64,000 bases of DNA from Raja brachyura (taxonomy: Eukaryota), in contig OY740797.1 in the NCBI GenBank assembly GCA_963514005.1, forward strand, positions 24,986,001-25,050,000, written 5' to 3'. Positions 13,879 to 27,910 of this stretch are shown piece by piece. Numbering within the stretch: the first letter of the stretch is position 1; the number at the start of each line of letters is the position of its first letter. The position numbers and the translations under genes were made by a program. Below the pieces are notes generated by a model that did no database searches, was not told the DNA's origin, and saw only the letters and a program-made list of their open reading frames with translations.

Positions 13879-16800
13879 ATTTCATCTCCCCCAATATCTA
13901 GATGGATCCTTATTCGCAGCTATCTTAAAACTTAATACACTTCTACTGAATCATCAAGCACATTTCCAAAAGCAAGTTGTAACATGGATCCGGCTTCGAG
14001 TTGCAATATCCACAGACTTTTTCAAGAAACTACCTTGGATACACCAAGCTTGATCTCTTTAGGTCTTCTGCACGCAGAAAGTCACGGTAAATAATAGGGA
14101 TTTGCCACCGATACCAGATGTTTCGACATCTTTCTCTAATCTCCACACATATCTGTTTCTCTCTCATTCACTGGCTACATGGAGGCCGATGGTATAATCC
14201 CATTAGAGTTGTTACACCTCTCTTTATATTGTGTTACAACCTTATTGCCTCAGTAAATGAGTATGTGAGTGCCGCTGACATTTTCCTGATTTGTAATGTA
14301 ATTCCCGTATCTGTTGTACCCCCCATCCCTATGATGTATGAAACATCAAAACTCAATAAATGTTGAGTTAGCAGTCTACGGTCAAGCCAAGATAAGTCAA
14401 GATAGTTTATTGTCATGTGTCCCAGATAGGACAATGACATTCTTGCTTGCTGCTGCACAATAAAATATTGTAAGCAATAATACAGAACAGCTCAGTTCAA
14501 TATACACATAAATAAGCAGATAAAGTGCAATAGGCTGTTACAGTTCAGTCTGTTTGTTGGCGAGTTTAATAGCCTGATGGTTGTGGCGAAGTAGCTGCTC
14601 CTGAACCTGGATGTAACAGATCTCAGGCTCCTGTACCTTCTGCCCTAAGATAGCGGAGAGACGAGTGCGTGGCCAGGATGGTGTTGGTCGTTTATGATCA
14701 TCCGCTTTACCTGTAATACTCCTTGGAATAAACACATCTCAACCAATCTGTTTCAACGTCTTCTTTAGCCTCACTCAAAACACACTTCAGATCATCCATC
14801 TTAACATTTTTTTATTAACCTTTTCCTGTCTCACCTCCATTTCAGACTAATGGGTCATTACCCCGATCTTGCCACTAGCTGTTCCATGAGCTGACCTGCT
14901 GCTCCCACACACCGCCCCCTCCCCCCACAACCGTGCCCACTCAACGCCATCCCTCGTGCATAAATCCTCTCAAGTCACACAAGTAACTGCAAGGACATCT
15001 CCTGTACCTCCCAGTTCAATTGCAACACGTCCGTTTTATATAGGGCCCATTTGTCCTGTAAGAACACCCAATGATCCATATAGTTTGTGCCCTCCTACCT
15101 ACACCAGGACCTTAGCCACGTATCACTTGGATTATTCTGCTATTCCTTTCGGTACCGTTTTGTAATCCCGGGATAGCAATACAGAAGGTCTTGTTTTTTT
15201 TTTCACCGAATACCGAAATCCCTACATTCTCTTTGCAGGCCCTCGTGTCCCTTTCTACATATGGCATTGGTACCAATATGGAGCACGCGATATGGCTTCT
15301 CACCCTCCCGTCTCATAATGTTCCGTGTTTTCCACGTAACATCCGTAACAGCAGACAATATAGTGAAGACAGAGCATTCTTGTGTATCTCTTGTTGCCAG
15401 TGAAACCATTGACTGGAGTCGACTGTCACTATTTCATTTGAACTAATTTAACAGTGATGTTCAGAAGGTGACGTTCATTCAACACTTAGATAAACAAGAT
15501 GTTTTCGTACGTTTTAATTCTTCTCTGAATCACAAATATTTGATCAGAAATAAGCTGAATGAGTTAGCATTGAGCCTGTCTCTGCGTGACGGAAATGTAT
15601 CCATCGCATCACTAATTTCAGACGTTCAAAGATAGCTCCCTTCTATCACGTAGTCACCAAATGATGTAAATGACGAAGCTTTATGATTACTGTTTAGATT
15701 GGCACTGTGATGTAGTAAGACGGGTGATGCGTGCAGCTTACATATATGTTACCTCAACTCTAGAAGCCGCGGTTGAATATGGCCACCCGTGGGGTTTTTT
15801 TTCAGTTCACCATTTGACCACGTCATGAGGTCATAAGCGATAGGAGTAGAATTAGGCCAGATGGCCCATTAAGTACACCTCACCATTCAATCGTGGCTGA
15901 TCTATCCCTTCTTCTTAATCCCATTTTTCTGCCTTCTCCCCATAACCTCTGACACCTGTACTAATCAATAACTAATCTATGACTAACCACGTACTAACCA
16001 CGTGCTCCGATAATTTACATATATCAACAAATTGAGAGTCGATAGGATAATTGGATAAGCTGTCGCGTTGTGCTGGTGGGTGGTGGAACGGGAGAGTGAA
16101 TTTATATGGATTAAACTGGTATTAGTGTACAACTTCCTTGGCGCAGGTAGTTGTTGGACCAAACAAACTACGACGCCAGGTATTATTTTGCGACAATGCA
16201 TGGAAACGGACGGAATTAGACAGTTCTGCGTACAGATACAACAGTCCAGTTCAACACAAAGCAGACTTGTTCAATCCATAAATGCAAAACGGCAATATAT
16301 CCATAATAGATTTTAATGTAAGTAGGTTAATTTAATGAATGTAAATAAGTTATTATTCTAATTAAATACCTTTGTTAAACCGCGACCATTTTAAATGCGG
16401 CTCCATTCAGCGCGGCCTTGTTGGCTTCGGAAGCTGCGGCCACCGGCAAGGAAGCGGCCGTTCTAACTGTCCCAAGCCGCTGAGGGAATTCTCCCGACGC
16501 CGGGGCACCACCACCTGGCGATAACGGCCTGGAACATCGGGCCTCCGTGAAGGCGACTGCGGAGGCCTCAATAGGCCTGACTATAGGAGGACATGGGATG
16601 GGGACTGGACATTCTGCATTCCCTCATAATGGAAACCATTGTGGGGGGATTTTTTTTGTGTTTAAAAATCTCTTTATTATTGTTATGTCTGTATTCTTAT
16701 TTATGTGCTGCATTGGCAAGAAACATTTCACTACGCCAATTGGTGTACGTGACCAATAAATACCTTTGAACCATTGAACCTTTGACCCTTTTGAACATAA

Positions 16801-17440
16801 TTCCCAATTGTATTTCGAGGTTGAGTACAGCTAAAGCTCACTTTGTTACATCCAGTTAACATTACTATTTGAATAATAACCGTGCAACCAATATGAGCTC
16901 GTAATCGAATTAATTCGAAGCTTTCAACAAAATACCTCATAGCATTAACCCCACGACTTTCGTCAACCTGGAACTTTAATTTGAAGATAAATATGAACAA
17001 TGCAGTTATTACTTTACATTTACTAAATCTAATATAACCTTGCCGTTAATCTGTGAGCCTGTGGCCCTTTTAACATTTTAAATACAATCCGTCCTATTTG
17101 TACTCGGGAGGTCCGCTTCAGTTCATGTAAGGTCTGGTAATTAGATTATATACAGCCGGTAATGAAGACCTGTTAGTTTAATCGTTTCAGGCGGAGTATA
17201 GAAATAAGGACATTTGAATGAATGAATGATTACGCTGCATACATTATTTTACTTTCCTTCAGTCTAATTGTTGCCTGACCTGTTCCGGATACAGCCACGT
17301 CTTTAGTTTCCATTCTTCAAAATCACTACAAGGAAGCCCGTAAATGTTCTGTGATTGCATATAAAGGAAATCATTCTAGCAGACGTAGAGCCATATGATT
17401 GACGCATTCTTTCCTTTCTGATCAGAAAATTCATTGCCGT

Positions 17441-17495
17441 TTCTTGCAACTCGTCTCACCTTTAGGCGTGTTTTCTCTGCGGACTTTGTATGCAG
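17441..17495 (+). pseudogene. Decayed leader exon paralogous to the gene B leader
   Basis: 55 nt ending GCAG|GTACA. FLQLVSPLGVFSLRTLYA aligns ungapped to MFLKVSPWTMYFLGILIA, but the ATG is absent. Confidence 0.6.
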
Positions 17496-18022
17496 GTACA
17501 GCATTTTTTACAAAACATAGTTTCATTTTATGTTCATGGCTAGCTCACCCCAATTACTAGTATGTTTCAGGTGACATTGAAAGCGAACCACATTAATAGG
17601 TTGGAATAACATAGCCTCGATTGGGGCAAGGTTATCCAACGAAGGGCCTAATTGAGCCACACGAGATTTCAAGAACAACCCCGCAATTTAGTTGTCATTA
17701 TGACTAAATTCTCAATTATAAACAAAATATAATTACATTAACCTAGCCCTTACTGGATGATGAGCTGAATAAGAATGCGCCTCCACTTTAGCTGCCCGAT
17801 TTGTTTTGTTTATTCTCCGATAACTTCAACACAGAGTCCGTGATTAAGTTCATTATCGACAAGAAACACAGACATCTTCATTGCTAAATAAGATATTGCG
17901 CCTAAGATGCATATCGTCAGTAGTAAAGTTACGGTGGGAATCAAAACAGGGACGCCAGAGAAACGAGGACGATAATAAATCTGTTACTTCGCCTTATTGA
18001 ATTAATTATACATTGTTGAATA

Positions 18023-19040
18023 CAGGGCTGCGGAGTCGGAGTGGGAGTCGTCGAGTCCGAGTCGGAGCAATTTTGATGCTGCTGGAGTCGGTCGGAGCCG
18101 GTATAAAAGTCCTCAACATAAATTTCAGAGACTACGTAAATCTGAAAAAAATCCCACTTTTTAAACATGCCGCACACTTTATTTCCACCCGAGAGAATGA
18201 GGAATCTAGACCAGAAACAAAACGTAAACAACCGCCATCACCAGCTGATTTCCCTCCACCTGCTACTGAGTGAACATGTCTGGAAATTTTCTGAATTCAA
18301 AAGGTTAATTTAATCATTTATTTATGGTGATATATTATAAATGAATATAGATTACTAATTTTCATGATTTACTGCAAAATAAATAGAGAGTTGGATAGAG
18401 CTCTAGGGGCTAGTGGAGTCAAGGGATGTGGGGAGAAAGCAGGCACGGGTTATTGATAGCCGAGGATCAGCCATGATCACAATGAATGGCGGTGCTGGCT
18501 CGAAGGGCCGAATGGCCTCCCCTGCACCTATTTTCTATGTTTCTATGTTTCTATGTCAGTGATGATCAATTCCGTCTCAACAGCAGTAAACACTAGTCTT
18601 GGCAAAGCGTCAAGGAAAATTTCGTGATTTTTCGACAACGCAAACCATAATTTATACTCTCAGAGGGATACTTGACATAATATTCTAGGTACAAAGGTTA
18701 ATAAGGGTTTGAGTAATGAAGGAAAAAAAAGTTAGGGCTCATTTAGGTAAAAGTACAGTAAATATCGGCTAACCTAAACTAACGGGGGGGGGGGGGGGAG
18801 TGGCAGGTGGTGGGGGGGGGGGGGGGGGGGGGTACTGCCTCTTGTTTCAATTGCTCTGATAAAAATGCTCCAACAAGAGCATCAAATCTGAAAAGACATT
18901 TGCATCGTTTCCACCCTAAAATGTTAGAGGTTATAAATGAGAAAGAGACAAAAACCAAAACAAATATTACAACTACATTGAAGTCAGCAAAAAACAACTT
19001 GAATCAGAAGCTTTTTGTTGCTAGTGTTGATCAACCACGA
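18023..19040 (+). mobile_element. hAT-like DNA transposon fragment with BED zinc-finger remnant (CR1 tail inserted at ~18385-18555)
   Basis: CAGGGCTGCGGAGTCGG terminus with GAGTCG subterminal repeats; CFNC...SNLKRHLHRFH in ORF 18807-19049. Confidence 0.6.
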
Positions 19041-19075
19041 GAAGATTAGTTTAGTCATGTCATTTATGTTGACCT

Positions 19076-19375
19076 TTATTCTGGACGGATGGGGCAAAGC
19101 GACATCCGATGCTGCTCAGAAGACGCCGCGCAACAAAATAAACGTTACACGCCTATTTCCCTTCCTCTTCGATCTTAATCAACCCAACATAACGGTGCAC
19201 TGTCAAAGAGACGGAAATAAGAACTTCCTGAGAAGAGATAGCAGAACATTCCGGGTAAGGGGCGCAACGGTTGTTGCTGCATGTGAGCGTGCTGACAGTA
19301 GGTTTACTTCCACATTCCACAAACTTGCGGGTTAAACTTTTTTAAATGAAACCGGTGACGAACCTATCATATACT
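19076..19375 (+). pseudogene. Decayed Ig V exon paralogous to gene B V
   Basis: GKATSDAAQK..INVT..NITVHCQRDGNKNFLRRDSR..KLAG*TFLNETGDEPIIY|GTGAG aligns with gene B V. Acceptor AG, both Cys and the Trp are lost; TAA at 19333. Confidence 0.8.
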
Positions 19376-19584
19376 GTGAGGGGCGTTTGAATCTCAAATG
19401 TGAAGCACATGGGTGTTGCTGAAGGATTCACATGGTTTTCATGCAAAAAGACCTTCATAATAATTACATGTTTTAATGGATTGGAACCATATTTGATGAA
19501 AACAGACCCAGCATGTATACGGGATTTCCAAAGTCTAATCGGTATATCTGAAGCGCAGCAGTGCTGTAAGAATCAAGTGTGGCA

Positions 19585-19832
19585 AGGCCAGAATCCCGGG
19601 TTCGATTCTAACTACAGGTGCTGTCTATGCGGACTTTGGACGTTCTCCCCATGATCGCGTGATTTTCCTTCGAGATCTTCTGTTTCCTCCCACACTCCAA
19701 AGACGTACAGGTTTATAGGGTTAATTGGCTTGATTTTAATGTAAACGTGTCCCTAATATGTGTAGGGTAGTGTTAAGATGTGGGGGGGTCGCTGGTCGAT
19801 GCGGACTCGGTGGGCCGAAGGGCCCGTTTCTG
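19585..19832 (+). mobile_element. V-SINE copy
   Basis: B box GGTTCGATTC, V-domain TTTCCTCCCACACTCCAAAGACGT, tail GGGCCGAAGGGCC. Confidence 0.8.
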
Positions 19833-20654
19833 TCATTTAAAATTCCGAATTATTAATCAGAATTTAACTTCCTTTGTCGAACTTCAATCTTCGCACAAGT
19901 CTGCGCGTCTCCATGTTACTATCCAGCGATTAAACATTGTGCCACCATCCTGACACATATTACATCAAACGTGGCAAGGCCTATACGACCTATGTTATTT
20001 GAATGGATCTTTATGAAGGATAAGAAAATAAATACCACGGAGACTAATATATTTCGAATGTAAACAACACGCGTTAGCATGAATAGTCAATTTGTACATA
20101 TTATTTACGTAACTGATTTTTTTGTTAACTGTCCACCTATAGGTAGACGCAAAATGCTGGAGTAACTCAGCCGGATAGGCAGCAGCTCTGGAGCGAAGGA
20201 TTGGGTGACATTTCGGGTCGAGACCCTTCTTCATACCTTCTTTGACCCGAAACGTCACCTATTCCTTCGCTCCAGAGATGCTGCCTGTCCCGCTTTACTC
20301 TAGCATGTTGTAAACCAGCTTCGATTTAAACCAGCATCTGCAGTTCTTTCCTGCACATTATGTTCAGCTATGTAGACAGCTTGTTCGTAATACCTGTAAT
20401 TCAGACATCTTAGTTAGAACTATCTAATGACGAGGACGAAACCGGGCGCACTGATCGATTCAAATTTTCAAGATCGACTCATTCGATTCAGTGGGAAAAG
20501 ATTATCACTGTTTCAACAGAAATACCATGGAGTCGCAAACTTCATCATTTGTTATCCCGACAGCGTTGACAAAAGAGCATGATTTATCCAGTGGCACTAT
20601 GGCATTGTCTTTGTATGTCAACAGGATTATGTCGACTTCCAACAAGTTTAGGGT

Positions 20655-20930
20655 GGGACAGACTATGCACTGCCTCACAGCGCCAGAGACGCGGGCTCGA
20701 TTTTGACGACGGCTGATGTCTGCATGTTTTGACTGTGATCGTTGGGTTGTCCCCGGCTGCTCCGTTTTCGCCCCCCATCCAAAAAGGCTTGCAGGTTTGT
20801 AGGTTACTTGAGATCTGTAAATTGTCCCTGGTGTGAAGAAGAGAAGCAATGTACAGGTGAACGTTGGTCGGCGCGGACTCGGTGGCCCGAAGGGTCTGTT
20901 TCCACGCTGTGCCTGAGCTAATCTAAACTA
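20655..20930 (+). mobile_element. V-SINE copy (diverged)
   Basis: GCTGCCTCACAGCGCCAGAGAC-like head region, diverged V-domain, CR1-like tail ending CTAAACTAA. Confidence 0.7.
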
Positions 20931-22575
20931 AGATCGGAGAGGTAAAATAAAATAACGAGAACGAGACGGAGCCTGTCCGTAATGCAATAAATAGAGTTCG
21001 TTAGAGTGAAGTTTGCTTTATTGTCATTCAAATCGCTCGAGATGGTGAGTCCAGGCTCTGCCTCATGAGCCTCGAGGTCGGTTCCAGTTGGAGGCCGCCA
21101 GCTCCGCGATTAGGTCTCAACGCAGACGGAGACGGAGAGGGAGATACGACAAGAAAAGGTCGCATCCTCCCGAAGGAAGAGGCTATAACAAGGGTCCCCC
21201 ACCCCGCACACATACACAACTAAAAATAAATTAAGACATAGTCCAACAAGACAAAATAAAACAACAAAAAAGAAAAGACAGACGGCGTGCCGCAGCTGCA
21301 TGGCAGCGCCGCCACTTCCGGAATAACATTGAAGCAGAGAGCAAGATATTCTTCACATAGATAACAAGGAAGAGAGTAACTAAATTAAAAACTTTACCCC
21401 ATAACGAATGTGTGTATTATATTATTATTGGGGGAAAATGTGACAAGGATTATAAATAATTGCTTAGTATCTGGTTTTCACGGTAGAGGAAACTAGGAAC
21501 ATCAAACAATAATAACTAAAGGGAAGCTATGGCGATAAAACGTTATCGGTGGTTTAACTACGAACCAATCGGGTGACTGTAGATGTGGCGGGTTCTATTT
21601 TGTACTGAAATAAAACTCCACCGATTTTGAATAGATCTGGGAAAACTGTAAATGTCATGACACTGTAAAGACAAGAGGGGCACAAATAGGAGGAAACTAT
21701 TGGCAAGTTATTCTGTCAACTGCTATTGGGAAAGTGTTCAAATCCATTACAGATTAAAGACTAGCGGGACAATGTGTGTTTATGAAAAACACACATATTT
21801 GTATTCATTTTCTAGCATAATTTCACGATGAAGGGAGCAATGTGAATAAAAGGGAACTCTGAGAACCTGCATATGGATATCCTGAAGCACTGTGTAGTAT
21901 TCCCTATAAAAGATATGTGATCAAGACAGGAACACGCGAACGAGTTATCGATATAATTTATAAGGAAATGGATGCTATGGTTGTTAATTATCTGAAAAGG
22001 GCAATGGAATGGATGGATGATTGCCAGATTGACAAACAGTGAATGACGGAATGCCACAGCAAGGTACCCAAGGATAACTACTTAAATCTATAGTTATGTC
22101 GTGATGGACTATATCAAACAAGAGGTGATCATATTGAAACATATAAATCCTCCGGGTTGGGGGCGGGCGGTTGGATTGCGGGAACGTACTTTTTAGTTAG
22201 GGTTTCTAGAACGAAATGTAAGGAAACCAAAGGATGGAACACCATCTAAACAGAAAAGATAAGTATTTGGGTGGGCGTTACTGAATGTATACAAGGCAAA
22301 ATCTGAAGAAATATATGAGATTTGAGGGTCGTTAAAGGGGAAAAGAACAGAAAAACGGCATTTGAAACCAAGATTGGTTCATTCATGGCCTTATCTCTGG
22401 GGGGGGGGGGGGGGGGCAGGGGGGCAATTTTCTAATTTGGCATCTTATTTTAACTGGATCCCCTCACGAGGACGAAAATCACGAAATGATCGATGTGCGC
22501 ACTGTTTGAGGTCCTAAAATAAAACAGCCTTCTATTTCCTGGCTCAATTTCCGCCTTCAGGCGCTCAACCAGCAC

Positions 22576-22585
22576 TATATTAAAA
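22576..22585 (+). promoter_or_regulatory. Possible TATA element of gene B
   Basis: TATATTAAAA about 130 bp upstream of the ATG; a CATATAAAG element sits similarly upstream of the pseudo-leader. Confidence 0.3.
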
Positions 22586-22707
22586 GCAACGCATTTCTCG
22601 GTCATGTTATGGGGTGACCGATGTGATTAGCAGTCAGTGTAGAAGATACCGTGACGATTATTAACCAGACTTTCATCTTTCCCAGCCAGGCCTGCTTCGT
22701 CGTCGAT

Positions 22708-22762
22708 ATGTTCCTGAAAGTGTCACCTTGGACGATGTATTTCCTTGGAATTTTGATTGCGG
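22708..22762 (+). CDS. Gene B exon 1: signal peptide (MFLKVSPWTMYFLGILIA)
   Basis: ATG 22708, 55 nt, donor G|GTACAC, phase 1. Confidence 0.8.
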
Positions 22763-23055
22763 GTACACTACGGCTTCTATTGCTTTTTATTTATGGGTCT
22801 TCAAATTACGCAGATATTATAGTTGTACCTTGCAATGTCATGCCGAATTGTCCGTAAAGTCATTGCTGTTGTATGAGTTCTAGAAAGGAGTGCAATTTAC
22901 GAAACCTTGGCGCGGACACAAAAAGCGGGCATAATACTTCGGTTCAATTATTTGTAAATATTTGGTCTGCGTGCAATAAGGTTTTTGCCAGCAGTGTTAA
23001 ATTTCCATTGCTGTATATCAATGGCTAAACTGGATTGTGCACCATCTATTGACAG

Positions 23056-23367
23056 CTGCTGAGAACAGGTCGGGCAAGACGATATCGAATGTTTTACAGA
23101 AGCCGGTGGTCAGTGGCATAAACTTTACCTGTCGGTGTTCCTTCCCCTTCACTGTAAACGTGTCAAACCTAACGGTTTTCTGGTGGAAAGATGGAAATAG
23201 AGGCTTCCTGAAAGAAGATAGCAGGAAAATCTTCTTGATAAGGGCAGGAGGCGCCTACCTTCACCTGCTGAATGTCACGGTCTCGGACGCCGGAACATAC
23301 TATTGTCTTGCAAAACAAGCGGGCCGAACGGTTGCGGATGGAACAGGAGAACAACTGATCGTATATG
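23056..23367 (+). CDS. Gene B exon 2: Ig V-set (VJ-type) domain
   Basis: ttgacAG acceptor, G|GTGAG donor, 312 nt. TCRC, VFWWKDG, DAGTYYC and J-like DGTGEQLIV. Confidence 0.92.
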
Positions 23368-24131
23368 GTGAGCGTACGGTACTTTAGTTGTAGCTCGAAT
23401 TTGAATTTTGCTTCACAAACGTCTTTAATCCAGAATACAAATGTGCAAAACGTTGGGAAATTATTCTAGATTGATTCGATTTAAAATATAGGTCAGAGGG
23501 CATGACAGCAATGATATTTGAGTTGATGTATATTGAAGGTAGTGAGTATAAGATGAATACATACAACGGTTTCAATTTGACACTGAACGCCGAGGCGGGG
23601 ATCCTCCTGAATGAATGAATGAATAGCCTTTATTGTCTCCTGATGTTTTCCTAATGATAATGTTATCAACATATAATTCTGTGAATTGAAAGAGCGGGGT
23701 TTTTACTTCCACAAAATAATTGAAATATAAAGTATATTTCTTGCGCCGAATTAGAGAATCAAGAAATTTTAGTCAAAGCATTCTCTGTAAGCCAGTCCAA
23801 GTCTGCAACTGTTTATGACTGATTATATTGGGAAGTTGAAATATTCACAACAGTACCGCGCCTTTGAAAAGTCGAAACTTGAAAGTTGATTCGCGCGTTT
23901 TAGCACAAGAGACAAGTGTGCAAATTAGTGGTCTTTTCGCAAATTAAATGTCAAGGGAATGCATGTCAAGGGAAGGTGGGGGGGGGGGGGGGGGGGGTCA
24001 ATCGCGATGAAGAACTCCTTTATCTGGGCTCCCGATTTAAAATTTATGATTAAATTAAGTAGCGTTGGAAAAAATGCTATTGGATGATGTAATCGACCTT
24101 TCCCCTTTTAATTATATTCCTCTTTACTTAG

Positions 24132-24437
24132 CTGTCCCTTCTCCTCTGAAGATTGTGGCTGTTCGGTCTAGAAATGCTGGGACTCATTTCCTGAAAATCC
24201 AGTGCAGAACGGCTGCCTTTTACCCGAAAGAATTTAATCTCACCTGGCATAGAAATGGCTCTGTCATCCAATCTGGATTTCGGCATGAACAACATTCAAC
24301 GGCAGACGGATTGTATGAAGTTATCAGCTCTTTGGATGAGAAACGGGCAGTCAAAGAAGGAACCATTTACACATGTAAAATTATTCACCGTTCTATGCTA
24401 ACTCCAGCAACTGCCAACTACACGGTTCCTCATGAAG
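24132..24437 (+). CDS. Gene B exon 3: Ig C1-set domain
   Basis: ttacttAG acceptor, G|GTAAC donor, 306 nt. C1 motifs IQC..AFYP....LTW, DGLY and YTCKIIH. Confidence 0.92.
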
Positions 24438-25196
24438 GTAACGTGTCCTACGCATAGAATAATGGATAATCCACTGAATAATAATATTAATAGTAAAAAT
24501 AAAATATAAGGATTTTTAAACGACCGTATTTTCTGCTGCAAATGTATTTTCCTAGAACTTGTGCAATGTTCCTATTTTCTGCCAGCGTAGACGGACGCTG
24601 TACAATCCACCCAGTCTATGTTGCCTCCCAGAAGAATTCCATCAATACAGTTCCCGCAATAGATCGCGCACCTGAAACCTATTCCATTTCACGTCATCTG
24701 TAAGTCCACTCTGATGCCCCCACAAACATCACCCCTTCCCGAGGAATAATGTAAAAATAATCAATTCACTCACTAAGCAGTTCCTTGGTAAAATCTCAGA
24801 GAATGTGCAATGTCCATGCAGACAGTCCCCGAAGCCAGGCCTGAGCTCGGATACCTGGAGATGTGAATCGATAGCACTATTGCTGTACCATTAACTCGGT
24901 GAATTTTTTTATTTTTGTTCGTTTATGGCTGAAATGGGTAATCAATTGCAACTCAGACACAGAAACTACCTAAAAATAATCCGCGCAAATACCGAAATAT
25001 GAAGTACTACTACTCCAATTTGTCCGTGGTCTCACTCTGATGCCACGGATGCCCAGAACAGAAAGGTCAGTGTGCGAATAGGAAAGGGATAAAGGGATTC
25101 TAAATAGTTAGCAACCGGGAAATCCAATAAGCCTTGGAAGACCTCGTACAAGTTTTCAGCGTGACGGGGGGGGGGGGGGGGGGGGGTTCACGTCCA

Positions 25197-26840
25197 CTAA
25201 AGAATTAGAGCAGGATGGAAGTTAGTGGTGTAATTAATGAAGGCCATGAGTTCTGCACGACTGCAGGAACTAGCTCCAGCGTAGTTGTCGATGTATTCGA
25301 GAAAGTGTTCGGGAGTAACGCCAGCGCATGTTTTGAACAAGCACTGCACCATGTACCCAACAAAATGGTAACCAGTAGCTGTGGCTGATGTCAGTGTCCA
25401 TGCTACAACTTTAACTTGGAGAAAGTGAGAGGAGTCAAAACAAATGTTGTTGAGGGTGACGACAAATTCCTCAAGGAAGAAACCGAGGTCGTGAGATGTT
25501 CCAACTCCCAACCAGTCTAATCCTACTACAGATGTCAGAGGTCATGGGGAGAAGGCAGGAGAATGGGGCTCGGAGGGAGAGATAGATCAGCCATGATTTA
25601 ATGGCGGAGTAGACATGATGGGCCGAATTGCCTAATTCTCTTATCCTTATGACCTTAATACCCCTCCCGCTCCCGCCCATGCACAGCTCCTCCCAACCCC
25701 TCCTCTCTGAAGCCCTATGGCCCCCACGCCCGACCCTGCTTCTTCACCTCTGCTCGACCCTAACCTCAGCCCTCACCCCTGTCATGTTTTCAACACCCCC
25801 TAACCTCCTTTGCGATACAGAACGGCCAGTCCTCGACAATTAGTGCTACATCCTACACCCGTGCAGAACTTAACTTCACCACTAATTTCCATCCTGCCCT
25901 CAAATTTACCTCAACTATCTTTGATACCGCCCTATCCTTCCTTTCTCTCTCTCACTCCATTCACCCCACCAGCCGCCGCAATCCTGAACATCATCGTCGG
26001 ACATTTCCGTCGCCTCCAACCTGATCCCATTATTAATCACATATTTACATCTCCATGCCTTTCCGCCTTTTGCAGACTGTTCCTCCACAACTATTGTTCA
26101 TTCATCCCTTTAAACCCAGACCACCCCATCCTGAGGTAACTTTCTCTACAACTGCAGGAGATGTGACACTTGTCCCTGTACCTTCTTCCTCGCCTCTATG
26201 CACGGACTCCGACAATCTTTCCAGCTTGGACAGTAGTTCACATGCACCTTCTCTAATCTTATCTACTGCATACGTTGGTCTGGATGCGGGGTCCTGTACA
26301 ATAGTGTGGAAAGGAGTGGATTCTGCAGCCATTTAGCTGAGCATTCTCTGACCTACTGGATCTCCCAGTATTTTAATTCCCCTTTTCATTCCTACACTGA
26401 ACTTTCTGTCTGAGGACCAGCCTTGCACAGAGTAGCGAAAGCAAATTCGACGAACAGCACCTCGTATTTCACTTTAATAGCAGACAAGCCAGCGGCATGA
26501 ACGCTGGATTCTCTCATTTTAGTAATGCCCATAAGCACTCACTTCCCTCTCCACTCCCTCGCCCCCCCCCCCCCCCCCCCCCCCGCACTCCCATTTGCCC
26601 CCTTTCTCCTCTAAATATGGATTTACCAGTCCCACAATTCGCAACGATGTATCCTTCTTGGGATAACGTCGGCCTATCAGGGAACCTCCCTGCGTGGGGC
26701 CATATCGTGCTAGTCCCGATTTCTCCTGTTTTTTTCTTGCTTCCGCCCCCACCCCACAATCAGTTTGAAGAAGTGTCCCGACACAAAACGTCACCTCGCT
26801 ATTTTCTCCAATGATGCTGCCTGACACGCTGAGTTACGCC
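25197..26840. mobile_element. Penelope-like element fragments in a gene B intron (both orientations, CR1 tail between)
   Basis: YIDN..G..SCSRAELMAFINYTTNFHPAL on the minus strand; NFHPALKF and GIY-YIG remnants on the plus strand. Confidence 0.7.
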
Positions 26841-27244
26841 AGCATTTTCAGTTTATTTCTGAGAACTAACTTGTTGGCTCTTGCATCAATTGGGGACTGT
26901 TAGTGGGGAGAAGACGTCTGTAATGATTCACTCCTGGCCAGCGTCAGTACCATTTATATCTCCTTCAAGATTTGGTGAACAGAATATATCCAAATTAATG
27001 TATTATGTTCCACAATGTTCTGTTTCCCAACGGTCAATATCCCACAAGGTTCAATTAAGATCTATTTATTTCACTCGTAATCGCGCCATAAATTGAAATT
27101 GTTGGCTCTTTGCCGCATTCCACGCGGTTCTGGTGAAATCTGTTGAGTGAACATTTGAAATATCTTGCTTTGTTTTCCGCAAAGTCTACTTTGAAATAAC
27201 TGAATTAAATATAAACATTTGGTCATCGGTTTACCCTCCCACAG

Positions 27245-27346
27245 CTGTCGAGGGTTTATCAGCTTCTCTAATCGCTGGAAGTATCCGAGGTGCAGTGTTA
27301 ATTTTAATGTTCATCGTTATCGTCGTGATGACAATTATATATAGAG
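27245..27346 (+). CDS. Gene B exon 4: transmembrane (AVEGLSASLIAGSIRGAVLILMFIVIVVMTIIYR)
   Basis: ccctccacAG acceptor, G|GTATGT donor, 102 nt, phase 1-1, long hydrophobic stretch containing one Arg. Confidence 0.88.
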
Positions 27347-27669
27347 GTATGTTTCTCATCCATTTTTTAAGTATCATCCCAGTATAATATTATAATATAA
27401 TAGTATTGATAATTACATGATTATCTTGATAATAAAGGAAATGAAACATTTGCACGGGCAAAAATTATGATTATAATAAACAGCACCGACTTAACGAAGA
27501 TATTCAATTTTGCATGTGACTAATGTTTGATTATCACATATTTTGAATTCTATGTTTTAATTCGACACATTATCACATAGCAGCCAGCATTTAATTGTAC
27601 CTATTGGTCAAGATCTGAACATCTGTGAATGTTGTGATAAATGTTGTTTCATTGGTTGATTGATACAGC

Positions 27670-27910
27670 AGACAAACAGGCATTTTAACCCATCGATTCT
27701 ACGCCAGCCATCGATCATCCGTTCACACTAGGTCTACGTTAACCTACTTTCGCATCCACTCAATACACAGTGGGGGCAATTTATAGAGGACAGTTAACCC
27801 ACAAATCCGCACATTCTTGGGATGTGGGTGTATACTGGAGCAACGGATGAAACCCACGTGGTCACAGGGAGAAAATGCATCATACTCCGCGTTTACCTGT
27901 TGCACCACTG
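27670..27910 (-). mobile_element. V-SINE copy (diverged)
   Basis: CCCACGTGGTCACAGGGAGAA V-domain segment and CR1-like tail. Confidence 0.65.
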
